A stretch of 64,000 nt of DNA from Promethearchaeota archaeon. Lineage in GTDB: Archaea; Asgardarchaeota; Lokiarchaeia; Sigyniarchaeales; SOKP01. The position numbers and the translations under genes were made by a program. The stretch spans positions 320,001 to 384,000 of the forward strand of contig JAEOUA010000003.1 in assembly GCA_016839555.1 (NCBI GenBank), given 5' to 3'. This document shows positions 48,605-59,045 of the stretch, in pieces. The notes below the pieces were generated by a model that had not been told where the DNA came from, did no database searches, and saw nothing but the letters and a program-made list of their open reading frames with translations. The stretch's first letter is position 1. Every line of letters begins with the position of its first letter.

Positions 48605-51535
48605 TTATAAAAGAATAAAATCAATTTTTTTAAATATAACCTTAGGGATATTATGAGCTCCTTTATAAGAGATTTCAAGATTAATTTCAGAAGGTTCCAT
48701 AGTCTGGCTATTATTTTTTATTTCCTTATCAATTTTAAATAGATATTTAAATTTAAAATCATTACCCGCTTTTAAATCATTAAGTTGGAAATATTTGGGG
48801 TGGCTTTGATCTAATAATTTTATATAAGACGGTGATTTAAGAGTAAAAGATAATTCTTTAAAGTCATAATTAGAAGAATTATTTAATCGTAAATTCATTT
48901 CAAGATGATTTCCAATAGTTTTAATTTTTTTAAATAGAGTAGGCTCCTTAAAGTCGGGAAATTCTAAGCCAATTTTCGGACTAATAATTTTTTCATCAAT
49001 TATTTTTGCATCTAATTTATCTTTATCAATATATTTTAATAATAACTCTTTAATTCGTTCTGTCTCTAACTCAATATAGTTTGAAAGAAGTTCAATTGAG
49101 ATGGGATTCATTATGTTAAGATAATGTTTCACCTGAAATAGAAATAATTTCTCATTATTCTTCATAACAAATTTTTTTAATTTATAGATCATTAGTTCTT
49201 TAGTTTGTTCCCATTTTTCAAGAATGGGATTTATATATAAGTTAAATCCATTAGATTTTGGTTTAAATATTTCTTTAGTTTCGATAATATTATCAATCTG
49301 TTCTTCAGTTTTATCAATAAATAGTTTAATCTGTGAGGAATTCATTTCTAAAGTTTTTTTCGCCTGTTTAAAGTTGCCCTTTCTCATTAAAGCATTTAGT
49401 TTCAATGTCAGATGTTCGAGATTATGATTTAACTTTTTAATTCCATTAATACCATATGTTATTATTTCATTTATATAGGATTGAACTATTTGAAATGTTA
49501 ATTCATTGCTTATGCCATTAATATTATGAATATTTGATAAATCTTCAGAAGATTTAATAGAAAACACGGTTTCAACAATTTTTTGCTTTAATGATTTAAT
49601 TTTTTTATCTATTTTATTTAGATAAATTTGTATGTCTATTTTCACTGAAATCCATTTATTAATAAGATCTTTAAAAAGATCATCAAATTCAATATTATTA
49701 ATAATAGTTTCTCTAATATCTATGTCCAATTTAAATAAATTTTTTCGAATTAAGGAAATATAATTAAATTTTTCTTGAAATTCTTGTTCTGAATAAATAT
49801 CAAGATCTAAAGCTTGGGACCAGGTATCATCCTTTTTAATATAATCAAATTGGGCTTTTAGAATGGTAATTCGATCCATTAAAACATTAATTTTAGATTG
49901 GAGATTTGATATATGCTCTTGCTTTTTTTCCTCACAAATAGATGAGAGACTCACTCGGATTAAAGATAATTCATCAATGATTTGTATTTTAGTTTCCTTC
50001 CAATCTTCAATTAAATCAAAAGCAATTCTCCTATATTGGAAGTTATTTATTCTTTCATTAAATGTATGGATTTTTTTAATAATATCATCATACATTTGAT
50101 TTAGTTGAATTTCGGTAGTATTAAACTTGAAATCATTAATATAAGTATTTATTTTTTTTCGAAATTCTGCGGGAATCCTCTGAAAGTTTTCAATTTTTTC
50201 TCTTAAAAATGAAATTTCTCTCGAAATTTTTTCAATAGTACTTTTAATAGATGGGAAATTTGATTCGATTATTTTTAAAGTATATTCGATTTCCTCCTTA
50301 ACATTTAAGTCATGTTCATTTTCCAAGAATTCATTTAATTCTATATATAACCATATCCCAATTTTCTCATCTTGTAAAATATTGATCAATTTTTCAAGTA
50401 ATTCAACATATTGCTTACGTTTTCTCCAATATTTCGATTCCATCTCATATAATATTTTTATAATCTCTTTTTCAATTTCTAATTGATATTCTTTATATAA
50501 TTGTTTAAAAGTTATGGCAATTGTTTCCCTTATATTTTCAGAAGGATTATCTAATTCTTTAAAGAGATATGGAAAAATTTGTTTAATATGAGTTTGACAT
50601 AATTGATATAATGCCTCTTCTAAAATATAATTATATGAATCTTTACTAGATTCCGATATTAAATTGATTAAATTCGCCCAAATTTGTTCGAAGTTATTTT
50701 CTGCAATAATATTCAAGGCATCAATAACTTCATTCTGAATTCCATATTCTTTATTTTTAAGGAAATTAATAATTTTAGGAATAAAAGGAATTATCTCGGA
50801 TGACTTTTCTTTGCCAATTTCTCCGAATAACCAGATGATTAACTTTTTTACCCTTGGTTTTTCATTATATAAGAGATTTAATAAAACATAGAAAATTTTT
50901 TCTTTTGTCACATAATATTGTCCTAAAAGTTTTAATAATTCTGTTGCTGCTTGAGCAACGTCATCATCCTCATCTCTTAAATTTATTATTACTATTGAGA
51001 GAAGAGGTTCTATACTTTTGATTTTAGTGTAATCTTGATTAATTAATTTCTTAATAATAGTAATGACGATCAGCTTAACTTTCCAATCATTATCCATTAA
51101 TTTCTCTGTAAAATCATCTAAAATTGCTGATAATTTATCAGAATCAATATGAAGAGTTAAAAGTAATTTTCCAATAATTTTAACTGCTAATCGTCGTACA
51201 GAATCATCTCGGTCATATAATCGCAAATCGAATTCATCTAATAAATCTATTAATAAATTAGGCCTATAAATGGAAATCTGATATAAAATCTCGAGAGCAG
51301 CCAGCCTAATCCAAGAATCTTGGTCATTGATTAATCCTCCAATTATTTTAACAGCTTTTAAAGAAATTTTTGGGGATTTATCACATATTAGACTTAAATA
51401 ATTTAGTGCATTATAGAGATTTTCTTGATCATGCTGAGAATGGCAAGTCTCTATTGCTAATAATAAAGCTTTTAAGGCATCGGTGAAATTACCGTCTAAG
51501 ATCAATTTCTCAATATTTTCCAATTTCAAATTCAC
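48605..51535 (-). CDS. Large HEAT-repeat + coiled-coil + PCI-like winged helix + Ig-like domain protein
   Basis: Many HEAT repeats (DQDSWIR, DRDDSVR, DNDWKVK, DEDDDVA). Winged helix ISIELLSNYI..IDKDKLDAKI. C-terminal LRLNNSS..DLKAGN. Confidence 0.75.
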   Translation of the reverse strand: MNLKLENIEKLILDGNFTDALKALLLAIETCHSQHDQENLYNALNYLSLICDKSPKISLKAVKIIGGLINDQDSWIRLAALEILYQISIYRPNLLIDLLDEFDLRLYDRDDSVRRLAVKIIGKLLLTLHIDSDKLSAILDDFTEKLMDNDWKVKLIVITIIKKLINQDYTKIKSIEPLLSIVIINLRDEDDDVAQAATELLKLLGQYYVTKEKIFYVLLNLLYNEKPRVKKLIIWLFGEIGKEKSSEIIPFIPKIINFLKNKEYGIQNEVIDALNIIAENNFEQIWANLINLISESSKDSYNYILEEALYQLCQTHIKQIFPYLFKELDNPSENIRETIAITFKQLYKEYQLEIEKEIIKILYEMESKYWRKRKQYVELLEKLINILQDEKIGIWLYIELNEFLENEHDLNVKEEIEYTLKIIESNFPSIKSTIEKISREISFLREKIENFQRIPAEFRKKINTYINDFKFNTTEIQLNQMYDDIIKKIHTFNERINNFQYRRIAFDLIEDWKETKIQIIDELSLIRVSLSSICEEKKQEHISNLQSKINVLMDRITILKAQFDYIKKDDTWSQALDLDIYSEQEFQEKFNYISLIRKNLFKLDIDIRETIINNIEFDDLFKDLINKWISVKIDIQIYLNKIDKKIKSLKQKIVETVFSIKSSEDLSNIHNINGISNELTFQIVQSYINEIITYGINGIKKLNHNLEHLTLKLNALMRKGNFKQAKKTLEMNSSQIKLFIDKTEEQIDNIIETKEIFKPKSNGFNLYINPILEKWEQTKELMIYKLKKFVMKNNEKLFLFQVKHYLNIMNPISIELLSNYIELETERIKELLLKYIDKDKLDAKIIDEKIISPKIGLEFPDFKEPTLFKKIKTIGNHLEMNLRLNNSSNYDFKELSFTLKSPSYIKLLDQSHPKYFQLNDLKAGNDFKFKYLFKIDKEIKNNSQTMEPSEINLEISYKGAHNIPKVIFKKIDFILL

Positions 51536-51733
51536 AATCTCACAGTTTAATCAGAAATCTTAACCAAAGTCTACTTTTTGTTAAAATAATATAAAATCAT
51601 TATATTATATTTTACCTTTCATTTGAAATCAAAATAAGAATTAAAGAAAAAAAAGTTATTTTAATGAAAATTCTGAATATATTTAATTTTATTCATATTT
51701 TTCTAAAGTTTTTTAAAAAAAAAGAGAGAATTA

Positions 51734-52282
51734 TTAATTATTTAATTGAATTATTGCGGTACCTTTCATTGCAACTCTGTCTCTATATGTAAGAATCCCT
51801 TTTTCTATTTCTTTTTCATGTACTAAATTTCTTTCTCGATCTTTATCTGAGATGTATCCTCGTTCTCCTGCTTCAAATTGTTCTACAATTTCCCCATTAC
51901 TGTCTTTTATATGTACAGGTGTTATTGTCCTCTGAACCACATCTAAATATACCGTACTTCCTTCTATTTTAGTGACTGTTCCTTCAGTTATAAGCGTATC
52001 GCCACAACGAACCATTCCAACCATATCTACTGCTAATTCAATTAGTTTTCCATCTCTTTCATGATTCAAGAAATCTTCAAATAATTTTGTAATGAAGCCT
52101 AGAGAAAATAGTCCATGAGCGATCACACCTTTTAATCCCGCTTTTATTGCGATTTCATCCCGAGTATGGATAGGATTTGTATCCCCGCTGGCATTAGCAT
52201 AATCTATTAGTAAATCTCTTGTTATTTCATCAAATTCATCCCTTATTACTTGACCAACCTCAATATCAGAAAGATATACCAT
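51734..52282 (-). CDS. MaoC-like (R)-hydratase/dehydratase, catalytic subunit
   Basis: YANASGDTNPIH..IAHG hydratase-2 motif. Confidence 0.9.
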   Translation of the reverse strand: MVYLSDIEVGQVIRDEFDEITRDLLIDYANASGDTNPIHTRDEIAIKAGLKGVIAHGLFSLGFITKLFEDFLNHERDGKLIELAVDMVGMVRCGDTLITEGTVTKIEGSTVYLDVVQRTITPVHIKDSNGEIVEQFEAGERGYISDKDRERNLVHEKEIEKGILTYRDRVAMKGTAIIQLNN

Positions 52283-52283
52283 T

Positions 52284-52784
52284 TTAATACCCTCCTGGCC
52301 GAACGGCCGCTGTTACTGTTGGTTTACATACTAATTCATCATTTTGATTTTTAACGGTGACTAAAAATTCAGCGAAAAGAATCATATTTTTTTCTACTAA
52401 CCATACTTTACCCCATTCAGCGGTTACTGTAAGAGAGTCTCCATCTTTAATATCCACACAATCTTTCCAATCGTATTTATTTCCTGCATGAAGTAGTTTA
52501 GCTGGGTTAATAAGAAATGGTCGCTTTTTTCCATCTTGTTCTATTTTCATTCCAAGAAGTAATTTATATAATGCCTTTACTGTAAAATGATTTGCGAATG
52601 CCTTACATGCAACAATTCCATCCTCTTCAGGACCCACATATTTCGGATCTGATAATCCATATACCTTTGCAAAATCAATTAAATTCTTATATCTACAGCG
52701 AATTCGTACTTGACCAGGTACTTTTTTTCCCGGAAGCTGACTTATTAATGCATCCGCATTTTTTTTCATCTCTTTTTCGTCCAT
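52284..52784 (-). CDS. MaoC/FAS1-like dehydratase N-terminal hotdog protein (HadA-like partner)
   Basis: FAKVYG..DPKY, LLHAGNKY, VKNQNDELVC; 1 nt from the MaoC gene. Confidence 0.8.
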   Translation of the reverse strand: MDEKEMKKNADALISQLPGKKVPGQVRIRCRYKNLIDFAKVYGLSDPKYVGPEEDGIVACKAFANHFTVKALYKLLLGMKIEQDGKKRPFLINPAKLLHAGNKYDWKDCVDIKDGDSLTVTAEWGKVWLVEKNMILFAEFLVTVKNQNDELVCKPTVTAAVRPGGY

Positions 52785-53227
52785 ATCTATTTCAATCTCA
52801 CAATTTTTTGTTTTTATATTATATAGTTTCGATTTAATGCTATATAATAATTGTTATAATTTAAATCTCATATATTCTCTAAGAAATTTACATAATATTT
52901 TAAATAAGGGTTTTAAACATCAAAATGATACTTCTGTAATAAAGATTAAATAATATCCAAGAAATTTATCAAACTTATCATTATTAAAATCTTTTTAAAA
53001 GATATTCATAAGAGAAATAATTTTAAGAAAAGTGTAAAATTTAATTTTACTTCGATTTATTTTTAATCCTACTAATTTATTTTTACCTTATATCTATTTA
53101 AATTATTTTTAAATAGTTATTTTTTTAACTATAAGTTGCTTCTTCTATAATTGAAAAATAAATTTTATTAGAATAGATTAAGAAAATGAGAAAATATGTA
53201 TTAAATTTTAAAACTTGGTGAAAATTA

Positions 53228-54004
53228 TTGGCAATAATAGAATTAACGCTTGTAGAATTTTTGCAAGGACTTTTTAGCTTTATTATCGTTATTGCAGCAG
53301 CATTAACAGGTATTTTAATTGCATTAAGATATTTTCGGACTAAAATTTGGACCTTTTTAACTATTGGATTGTCCTGGATTGGTTTTGTATCTGGTTGGAT
53401 TCCAGATTCAATTAATTTTGTTATAATTTTTTTTGGTCAACAATTACCATTAACAATATATTTAATAATAGCGATTGGTTTTTATCCTCCAGTAGTGTTT
53501 TTATGGTTAATCGGAATAACAAAGTTACTTAATATTAAGAAGCGAAAAGAATATTTGATTCTTTTTTTAATAATTTATACTATTTTGGAGATAATATTTT
53601 TTATTTTTCTAATAATTGATAAAACTGGATTGGTTGGAGAGTTTATAGGTATTTTTATTGTTGATTTTAAATTATATGGCATAATTATAATACTTTTTTC
53701 CTTAGTGACAATAATCATTTCTGGATTAAAATTTTCTTATGAAGCCTTTTCTTCAGTAGAGCCAAAGGTAAAATTAAAAGGATCTTTTCTTTTAACTGCT
53801 TTTATTTCTGTGACCATTGGTGTTCTCTTAGATCTTATAATAACTGCAATCTCCGGAACTGTTGGTTCAGTATTGTATACATTATTACCTGTTATGATTG
53901 TAATAACAAGATTAATCATAGCTATGTCCTCAATTGCATTTTATTTTGGTTATATATTACCAAAAGGAATAGAAAATCTATTTTTAAAAAAGATTGAAAA
54001 ATAA
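53228..54004 (+). CDS. Seven-TM membrane protein of unknown function
   Basis: About 7 hydrophobic helices ending FYFGYILP; no signalling domain attached. Confidence 0.75.
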   Translation: MAIIELTLVEFLQGLFSFIIVIAAALTGILIALRYFRTKIWTFLTIGLSWIGFVSGWIPDSINFVIIFFGQQLPLTIYLIIAIGFYPPVVFLWLIGITKLLNIKKRKEYLILFLIIYTILEIIFFIFLIIDKTGLVGEFIGIFIVDFKLYGIIIILFSLVTIIISGLKFSYEAFSSVEPKVKLKGSFLLTAFISVTIGVLLDLIITAISGTVGSVLYTLLPVMIVITRLIIAMSSIAFYFGYILPKGIENLFLKKIEK

Positions 54005-54098
54005 AAGAATATAATTTAATTTTTTTTTTTATATTACTCGATATAGTTTTTGCTATTTTTCTTCCTAGATTTCCTAAAATTCCATCTTTTTAGTAATA

Positions 54099-54869
54099 CT
54101 AAAATTCATAACTTATTTTAGTATATATTTTATCTCTCTCTGAAGACAATGTAAAATATTGAATAATTCGAGGGTTTGAGTCAGACCCATTTAATATAAT
54201 TATGTGAATTTTATTTTTTTGTATTAATTTCAACAAATACGAGTCGATTGGTGTATACATTTTTAGTTTGTCAAAATTTGAAGGAATTACAGCTATTTTT
54301 TTTGTTTTTCTAAATCTTTGGTATTTTTTTATGGTAAGCTCCTTAACTATTTTATAATCTTTATCTAGAATCCCATCAATATCCTTTATTAAAAAACATT
54401 GATTTAATCCTAATTTTGAGGCAATATGAATAGCTATTGAATCAGATGTTACTTTCCAACTATGAGGCAATCTATCTTCATTGTATAAAAAAGAAAATGA
54501 TTGGAATAGAATAATTTTTCTATCTTTTGAATTTTTATTGAGATAATTAATTAATTCTGATAACTCTGAAAAAAGGGTTATTTCAGGAAATTTGGTATGC
54601 AACTTAAAACAATTCCAATCCATGGCAAGAATTGCCTCCCAATGTGCTAAGTTATCACCAATATCCAATTTTTTATCAACTAATCTGACAAAATTAGCAC
54701 AAGAACCTCCTCCAGTGAGAATTATTACTTTATTAATTTTTTTTTTTTTAAAAACTAATGTTTTTAGTTGATTAATCGTGGAAGATAAGTTATTTTGATT
54801 CTCTAAAATTTTTCCTCCAATTTTTACTAAAATTGTTGATTCATTCATAATATTAATAAAATCATTCAT
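54099..54869 (-). CDS. mfnE: Amino-acid-kinase family, methanofuran biosynthesis kinase MfnE-like
   Basis: VKIGG, GGG..ANFVR, AHWEAI.AMD, LPHSWKVTSDSIA, KDIDG. Adjacent to mfnF; start moved to the ATG overlapping the mfnF stop. Confidence 0.8.
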   Translation of the reverse strand: MNDFINIMNESTILVKIGGKILENQNNLSSTINQLKTLVFKKKKINKVIILTGGGSCANFVRLVDKKLDIGDNLAHWEAILAMDWNCFKLHTKFPEITLFSELSELINYLNKNSKDRKIILFQSFSFLYNEDRLPHSWKVTSDSIAIHIASKLGLNQCFLIKDIDGILDKDYKIVKELTIKKYQRFRKTKKIAVIPSNFDKLKMYTPIDSYLLKLIQKNKIHIIILNGSDSNPRIIQYFTLSSERDKIYTKISYEF

Positions 54870-55974
54870 TACTTTGAAAATATAAAGCCCCAGCAACCGC
54901 AAATGCTGAAGAATTTATTCGATTGGGAATATTAGTAATTTTTTCATAATATTTAATATTCTTAAACCCCATTTCTTTTAAGACCTTTATAATTAGGAAA
55001 TCTGCTGATAAACCTGTAATTACAAATAGCGGATTTTCTCTAAATCGCGGGTATCTAATTTTTACATTTTCAAAAAAAATATCGATTTCCTCCTTAATTA
55101 ATTCTAATTGTTTCTGATAGATAAAGAGAGCGATATTATCTAATTCCTTCTTTGATATGGTATTTAGATCCATACATATTATCCTCGCTAACCGGGCATA
55201 ACAATCTTCTTTTGATTTTGAGCGATTATCCGCTGTATCATTAAAATACTCTTTTTCAGATATATTTTCCAATATTCTATGAACATCGGAAATTAAAGCA
55301 AATTTTTCAAAAGAAATTCTTACTCTATTACCTTTATAAGGAACAAAATGAGTTATAGAAGGAATAGTAGCCCGCAAACCACCTGTGTAAATTAATTCAT
55401 GATTTAGCAAACGTTCAATATCCGTTTTTCCTAAAGGAACAGGAATAGAGTCAACTATTGGGATAATATCTATAGTTGTTGAACCTGCATCTATTAAAAT
55501 ACAATTTGAGATATATTTTCCCAAAAATAATGAAGTGGATACCCAATTAGCTGCGGCTATAAGCTGATAATTCTCTCTTGCATCCTTCCATTCTAAAAAA
55601 GTGTTATTTGTTGATATAAATCGTAATTTTTGTTTTTTAAAATTACTTGAGAGAGCATCAATAATCATTTCCACACCTTCCTTTTTAGTCTGAAATGCAT
55701 CTGATAATTCTGCTGTCATTGTAATAGCGATATATTCAACATCATCAATTTTGAAGGTTAGATCTGAAAATATATGAGAAATAATACGGTTGAATAAACT
55801 CTCAATTTGGTGTTTTGTTTTTTCCCAAAAAGGAAAATATTCGATGTATGAAAAAGAGTCTAATAATTTACGATTTTGAAAATAAACGAGCGCCGCTTTT
55901 GTATTTGCTCCACCTATATCCAATCCTAATATTAATACCCTATTATCTTTTTCATTCTTATTTTTTGATTTCAT
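54862..55974 (-). CDS. mfnF: Hydantoinase-A-like methanofuran synthase MfnF (H4MPT-linked C1 protein)
   Basis: GLDIGGANTK, TMTAELSDAF.TK.EG, AAANW, DAGSTTIDIIP, TADNR..RLAR. Confidence 0.85.
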   Translation of the reverse strand: MKSKNKNEKDNRVLILGLDIGGANTKAALVYFQNRKLLDSFSYIEYFPFWEKTKHQIESLFNRIISHIFSDLTFKIDDVEYIAITMTAELSDAFQTKKEGVEMIIDALSSNFKKQKLRFISTNNTFLEWKDARENYQLIAAANWVSTSLFLGKYISNCILIDAGSTTIDIIPIVDSIPVPLGKTDIERLLNHELIYTGGLRATIPSITHFVPYKGNRVRISFEKFALISDVHRILENISEKEYFNDTADNRSKSKEDCYARLARIICMDLNTISKKELDNIALFIYQKQLELIKEEIDIFFENVKIRYPRFRENPLFVITGLSADFLIIKVLKEMGFKNIKYYEKITNIPNRINSSAFAVAGALYFQSNE

Positions 55975-55992
55975 ATACTTAAAATATTAATT

Positions 55993-57042
55993 TCATTTAA
56001 TTTTAATCGGTTCAGCGAATTGATTTCGTAAATATAAGAGTATAGGCTCTATATTTTCACCGGTTAATGCATTAGTTAAGATATAATCTTCTTTAGTTAA
56101 GCCCAATGCATTATGCAAATATTCTATTTCTTCTTTGCTGGCTAAATCCATCTTATTAAAAACAACTTTAATTTGAATATTTCTATTTTTAATGAAATCT
56201 CTCTTTATTTCATTAAATAGATTGATCTGGGATTGTATATTATAACCGCAAGCAGGGGTGGGATCAAAAATAAATATTATTAAATCAGAAATTAATCGTA
56301 ATGCTAAGATTGCTTGCATTTCTATATTATTTCTCTCTGAAAGTGGACGATCTAAAATACCTGGAGAATCCATTATTTGCAGCTTTACAGAATCAAACCT
56401 TCGCTGAATTTCCAAATGTCCCAGTATTAATTTTTTTGTGGTAAATGGATATTCTTGAATTAAAATTGATTTTGCTGAAGAGATTTGTTTCACTATACTA
56501 CTTTTACCCACATTGGGAGCGCCAGAGCATACAATACAAGGTAGTGTATAATCAATAGAAGGTATCTCTTTTAATTTACCTCTAATATTATTTAAATATA
56601 CTAAATTTTCATTCTGCTTTTTTATAATTGAAGAAACCCTTCCAAAAACAGCTCTTCTAATTTTATCTCCCTCTTTAGGTTCCTTAATTCGACTCAATTT
56701 TGAAAGATATTCACGTTCAATTTTACTTAATATTGGTAAGATTCCGTTCAACTTTCCAAGAGTTAATTTTAATTTATCAATATCTACTAAAAGAGAAGCC
56801 AATTCTTTATAGAATTTGGGAAGTTCATTAATAATTGGTACCATTTTGATTATTTTCAAGATTCTCTCAACCAATTCATCAATAGCAACCTTTATTCTTT
56901 TAGCTTCTTTTTTTTTAGCTTTAATAATAATCGGCGCATTTGAAGATACTTTTGCAGAACTTTTCATTGCTCTATTGAATGCGATATCTAAGAGTTCTTG
57001 AGCATTTGGTACATGATAAAAATCAGAAAAGGGATTCTTCAT
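55993..57042 (-). CDS. NOG1-family GTP-binding protein
   Basis: G1 GAPNVGKSS, G2 YPFTT, G3 DSPGILDRP..RN.IE.QA, G4 NKMD. Confidence 0.93.
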   Translation of the reverse strand: MKNPFSDFYHVPNAQELLDIAFNRAMKSSAKVSSNAPIIIKAKKKEAKRIKVAIDELVERILKIIKMVPIINELPKFYKELASLLVDIDKLKLTLGKLNGILPILSKIEREYLSKLSRIKEPKEGDKIRRAVFGRVSSIIKKQNENLVYLNNIRGKLKEIPSIDYTLPCIVCSGAPNVGKSSIVKQISSAKSILIQEYPFTTKKLILGHLEIQRRFDSVKLQIMDSPGILDRPLSERNNIEMQAILALRLISDLIIFIFDPTPACGYNIQSQINLFNEIKRDFIKNRNIQIKVVFNKMDLASKEEIEYLHNALGLTKEDYILTNALTGENIEPILLYLRNQFAEPIKIK

Positions 57043-57105
57043 ATTTTTTTATAGTTCTAATTTATATAAATTATATCGAGATTAAATTTCATTAAATCTT
57101 ATAAT

Positions 57106-57657
57106 TTATAATTTTGATTCTATTTCACTTATTTTATTTTTAATTTCTGAAATCTTTTCTCTAACATCCATTTTTTCTGGCGGAATTGAGTTATATAACT
57201 CTAAAACAATCTTATATCGTTCAAGAACTCGACTATATAGTCTTTTCTCTTCTTCTTTCTTAGCTTTCTTTAAAATTAATTCAATTTTATCTATATTCCT
57301 TTGTAATTCCCGAGAGGAGATAGGAACTTTCACTTTAGGTCCTATTTCTTCTGTTTTTTGCAGCGCTTCGAGTCTTTGAGAATAATATTGTTGTTCTCTC
57401 TGTATTTTTTCTTCCTCCATTCTTTTCTGCTTAATATAATCTCTCTTATAATCTTCAAGATTTTTGATTTCCTCATATAACACATCAGCTTGCTCAAACC
57501 AACCAAGCGACTTGAAAATGTCGATAGCTTTTCTATATTCTTCTTTGGCTTCCTGATATTGGTGGTCTTCGACTAGAACTTTTGCTCTTTCCAAAATATT
57601 ATCTGCTTCTTCAATTTTTTTTTCTCTTTCCCTTTCATCCATTTCTTTTTGGCTCAT
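57106..57657 (-). CDS. Protein with two TPR/MIT-like helical bundles joined by a coiled coil
   Basis: AKVLVEDHQYQEAKEEYRKAI and AKKEEEKRLYSRVLERYKIVL. Confidence 0.6.
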   Translation of the reverse strand: MSQKEMDEREREKKIEEADNILERAKVLVEDHQYQEAKEEYRKAIDIFKSLGWFEQADVLYEEIKNLEDYKRDYIKQKRMEEEKIQREQQYYSQRLEALQKTEEIGPKVKVPISSRELQRNIDKIELILKKAKKEEEKRLYSRVLERYKIVLELYNSIPPEKMDVREKISEIKNKISEIESKL

Positions 57658-57860
57658 TTTATGTCATCATTTTTTATTAAAAATAATTCTGTATTTTTTT
57701 TTAATTTAGAGATTTAAATTTTATTTCTCAAATAAAAATTATTAAATCAAATTAGAGAACACAAAATTATATAATTTAGGATTATTTTAATATTTAAATA
57801 GAAGAAATGGTAAATTACTTCCAACTAATATTTCAATTAAAAATTGGAGTAAAGAATCAC

Positions 57861-58949
57861 ATGGAAAAATTAAAAATTGGAGTTCTTGGAGCGACTGGTA
57901 TAGTAGGTCAAAATTATCTCCAATTACTTCAAGGCCATCCTTGGTTTGATATAATTGATGTCGCTGCATCACCAAGATCAGCAGGTAAAACCTATGAGAA
58001 AGCCGCTGGGCCTAAATGGCAAATGCCTATTCCAATTCCAGAAAGTTTAAAAGATTTAAAAGTACGTGATGTCCAAGATTATGATGCTATTCCCGAAGAT
58101 GTTAGTTTTGTATTTTCTGCCATCAATATGCCCACAAAAGATATGATAAAGGAAGTGGAATTTGAATATGCTAGAAAAGGAATACCAGTCATTAGCAACA
58201 ATTCAGCTCATCGATGGACTTCCGATGTACCTATGATAATTGGGGAAATTAACAGCCATCATTCCGATGTGATTCCCATCCAGCAAAAAAATAGAGGTTT
58301 TTTAAAAGGATTTGTTGCAGTAAAACCTAATTGTTCTTTACAAAGTTATTTGACTGCAATTTATGCTTTAGAGAAAGCAAATTATAAAGTCGATAAACTT
58401 ATAATCACCACTCTTCAGGCTGTATCAGGAGCAGGATATCCTGGTGTTGCATCATTAGATATGGTGGATAATATTATTCCTTATGTTGGGGGAGAAGAAG
58501 AAAAAACAGAGAAAGAACCTTTGAAAATATTCGGTAAAGTAGGAGAAAAAGGGATTATTAATGATGATTCCATACAAATTAGCTCCACATGTACGAGAGT
58601 GGCAGTAAGAGACGGACATACAGCATCAGTTAATATGAAATTTAAAGATAGAATCCCCAATAGAGAAGAAATAATCAATATTTGGAAAACTTTTAAGGCA
58701 TTACCTCAGGAATTAGGTCTTCCATTTGCTCCAAAACAACCGATTATTTATTTAGAGGATGAAGATCGCCCACAGCCGATAAAAGATCGGAATAACGATA
58801 AGGGTATGGCTCTAACTGTTGGAAGATTAAGAGAGGATAACGTTTTTGATTATAAATTTGTAAGTCTAAGCCATAATACTATACGTGGTGCTGCTGGTGG
58901 TGCTATTTTGATGGCAGAGATGCTTAAAACAAAGGGATATTTAAAATAA
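57861..58949 (+). CDS. asd: Aspartate-semialdehyde dehydrogenase
   Basis: GVLGATGIVGQ, PNC, QAVSGAG, HNTIRGAAGG. Start set at MEKLK after a GGAG SD. Confidence 0.95.
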   Translation: MEKLKIGVLGATGIVGQNYLQLLQGHPWFDIIDVAASPRSAGKTYEKAAGPKWQMPIPIPESLKDLKVRDVQDYDAIPEDVSFVFSAINMPTKDMIKEVEFEYARKGIPVISNNSAHRWTSDVPMIIGEINSHHSDVIPIQQKNRGFLKGFVAVKPNCSLQSYLTAIYALEKANYKVDKLIITTLQAVSGAGYPGVASLDMVDNIIPYVGGEEEKTEKEPLKIFGKVGEKGIINDDSIQISSTCTRVAVRDGHTASVNMKFKDRIPNREEIINIWKTFKALPQELGLPFAPKQPIIYLEDEDRPQPIKDRNNDKGMALTVGRLREDNVFDYKFVSLSHNTIRGAAGGAILMAEMLKTKGYLK

Positions 58950-59045
58950 CTATTTTAAGTAAATTCTTCTTAATTTGAATCTAATTTGAGCCTGATTTTA
59001 ACCCCATTTAAAAATGAATATTTTCGAGCTTATATATTAATTTAG

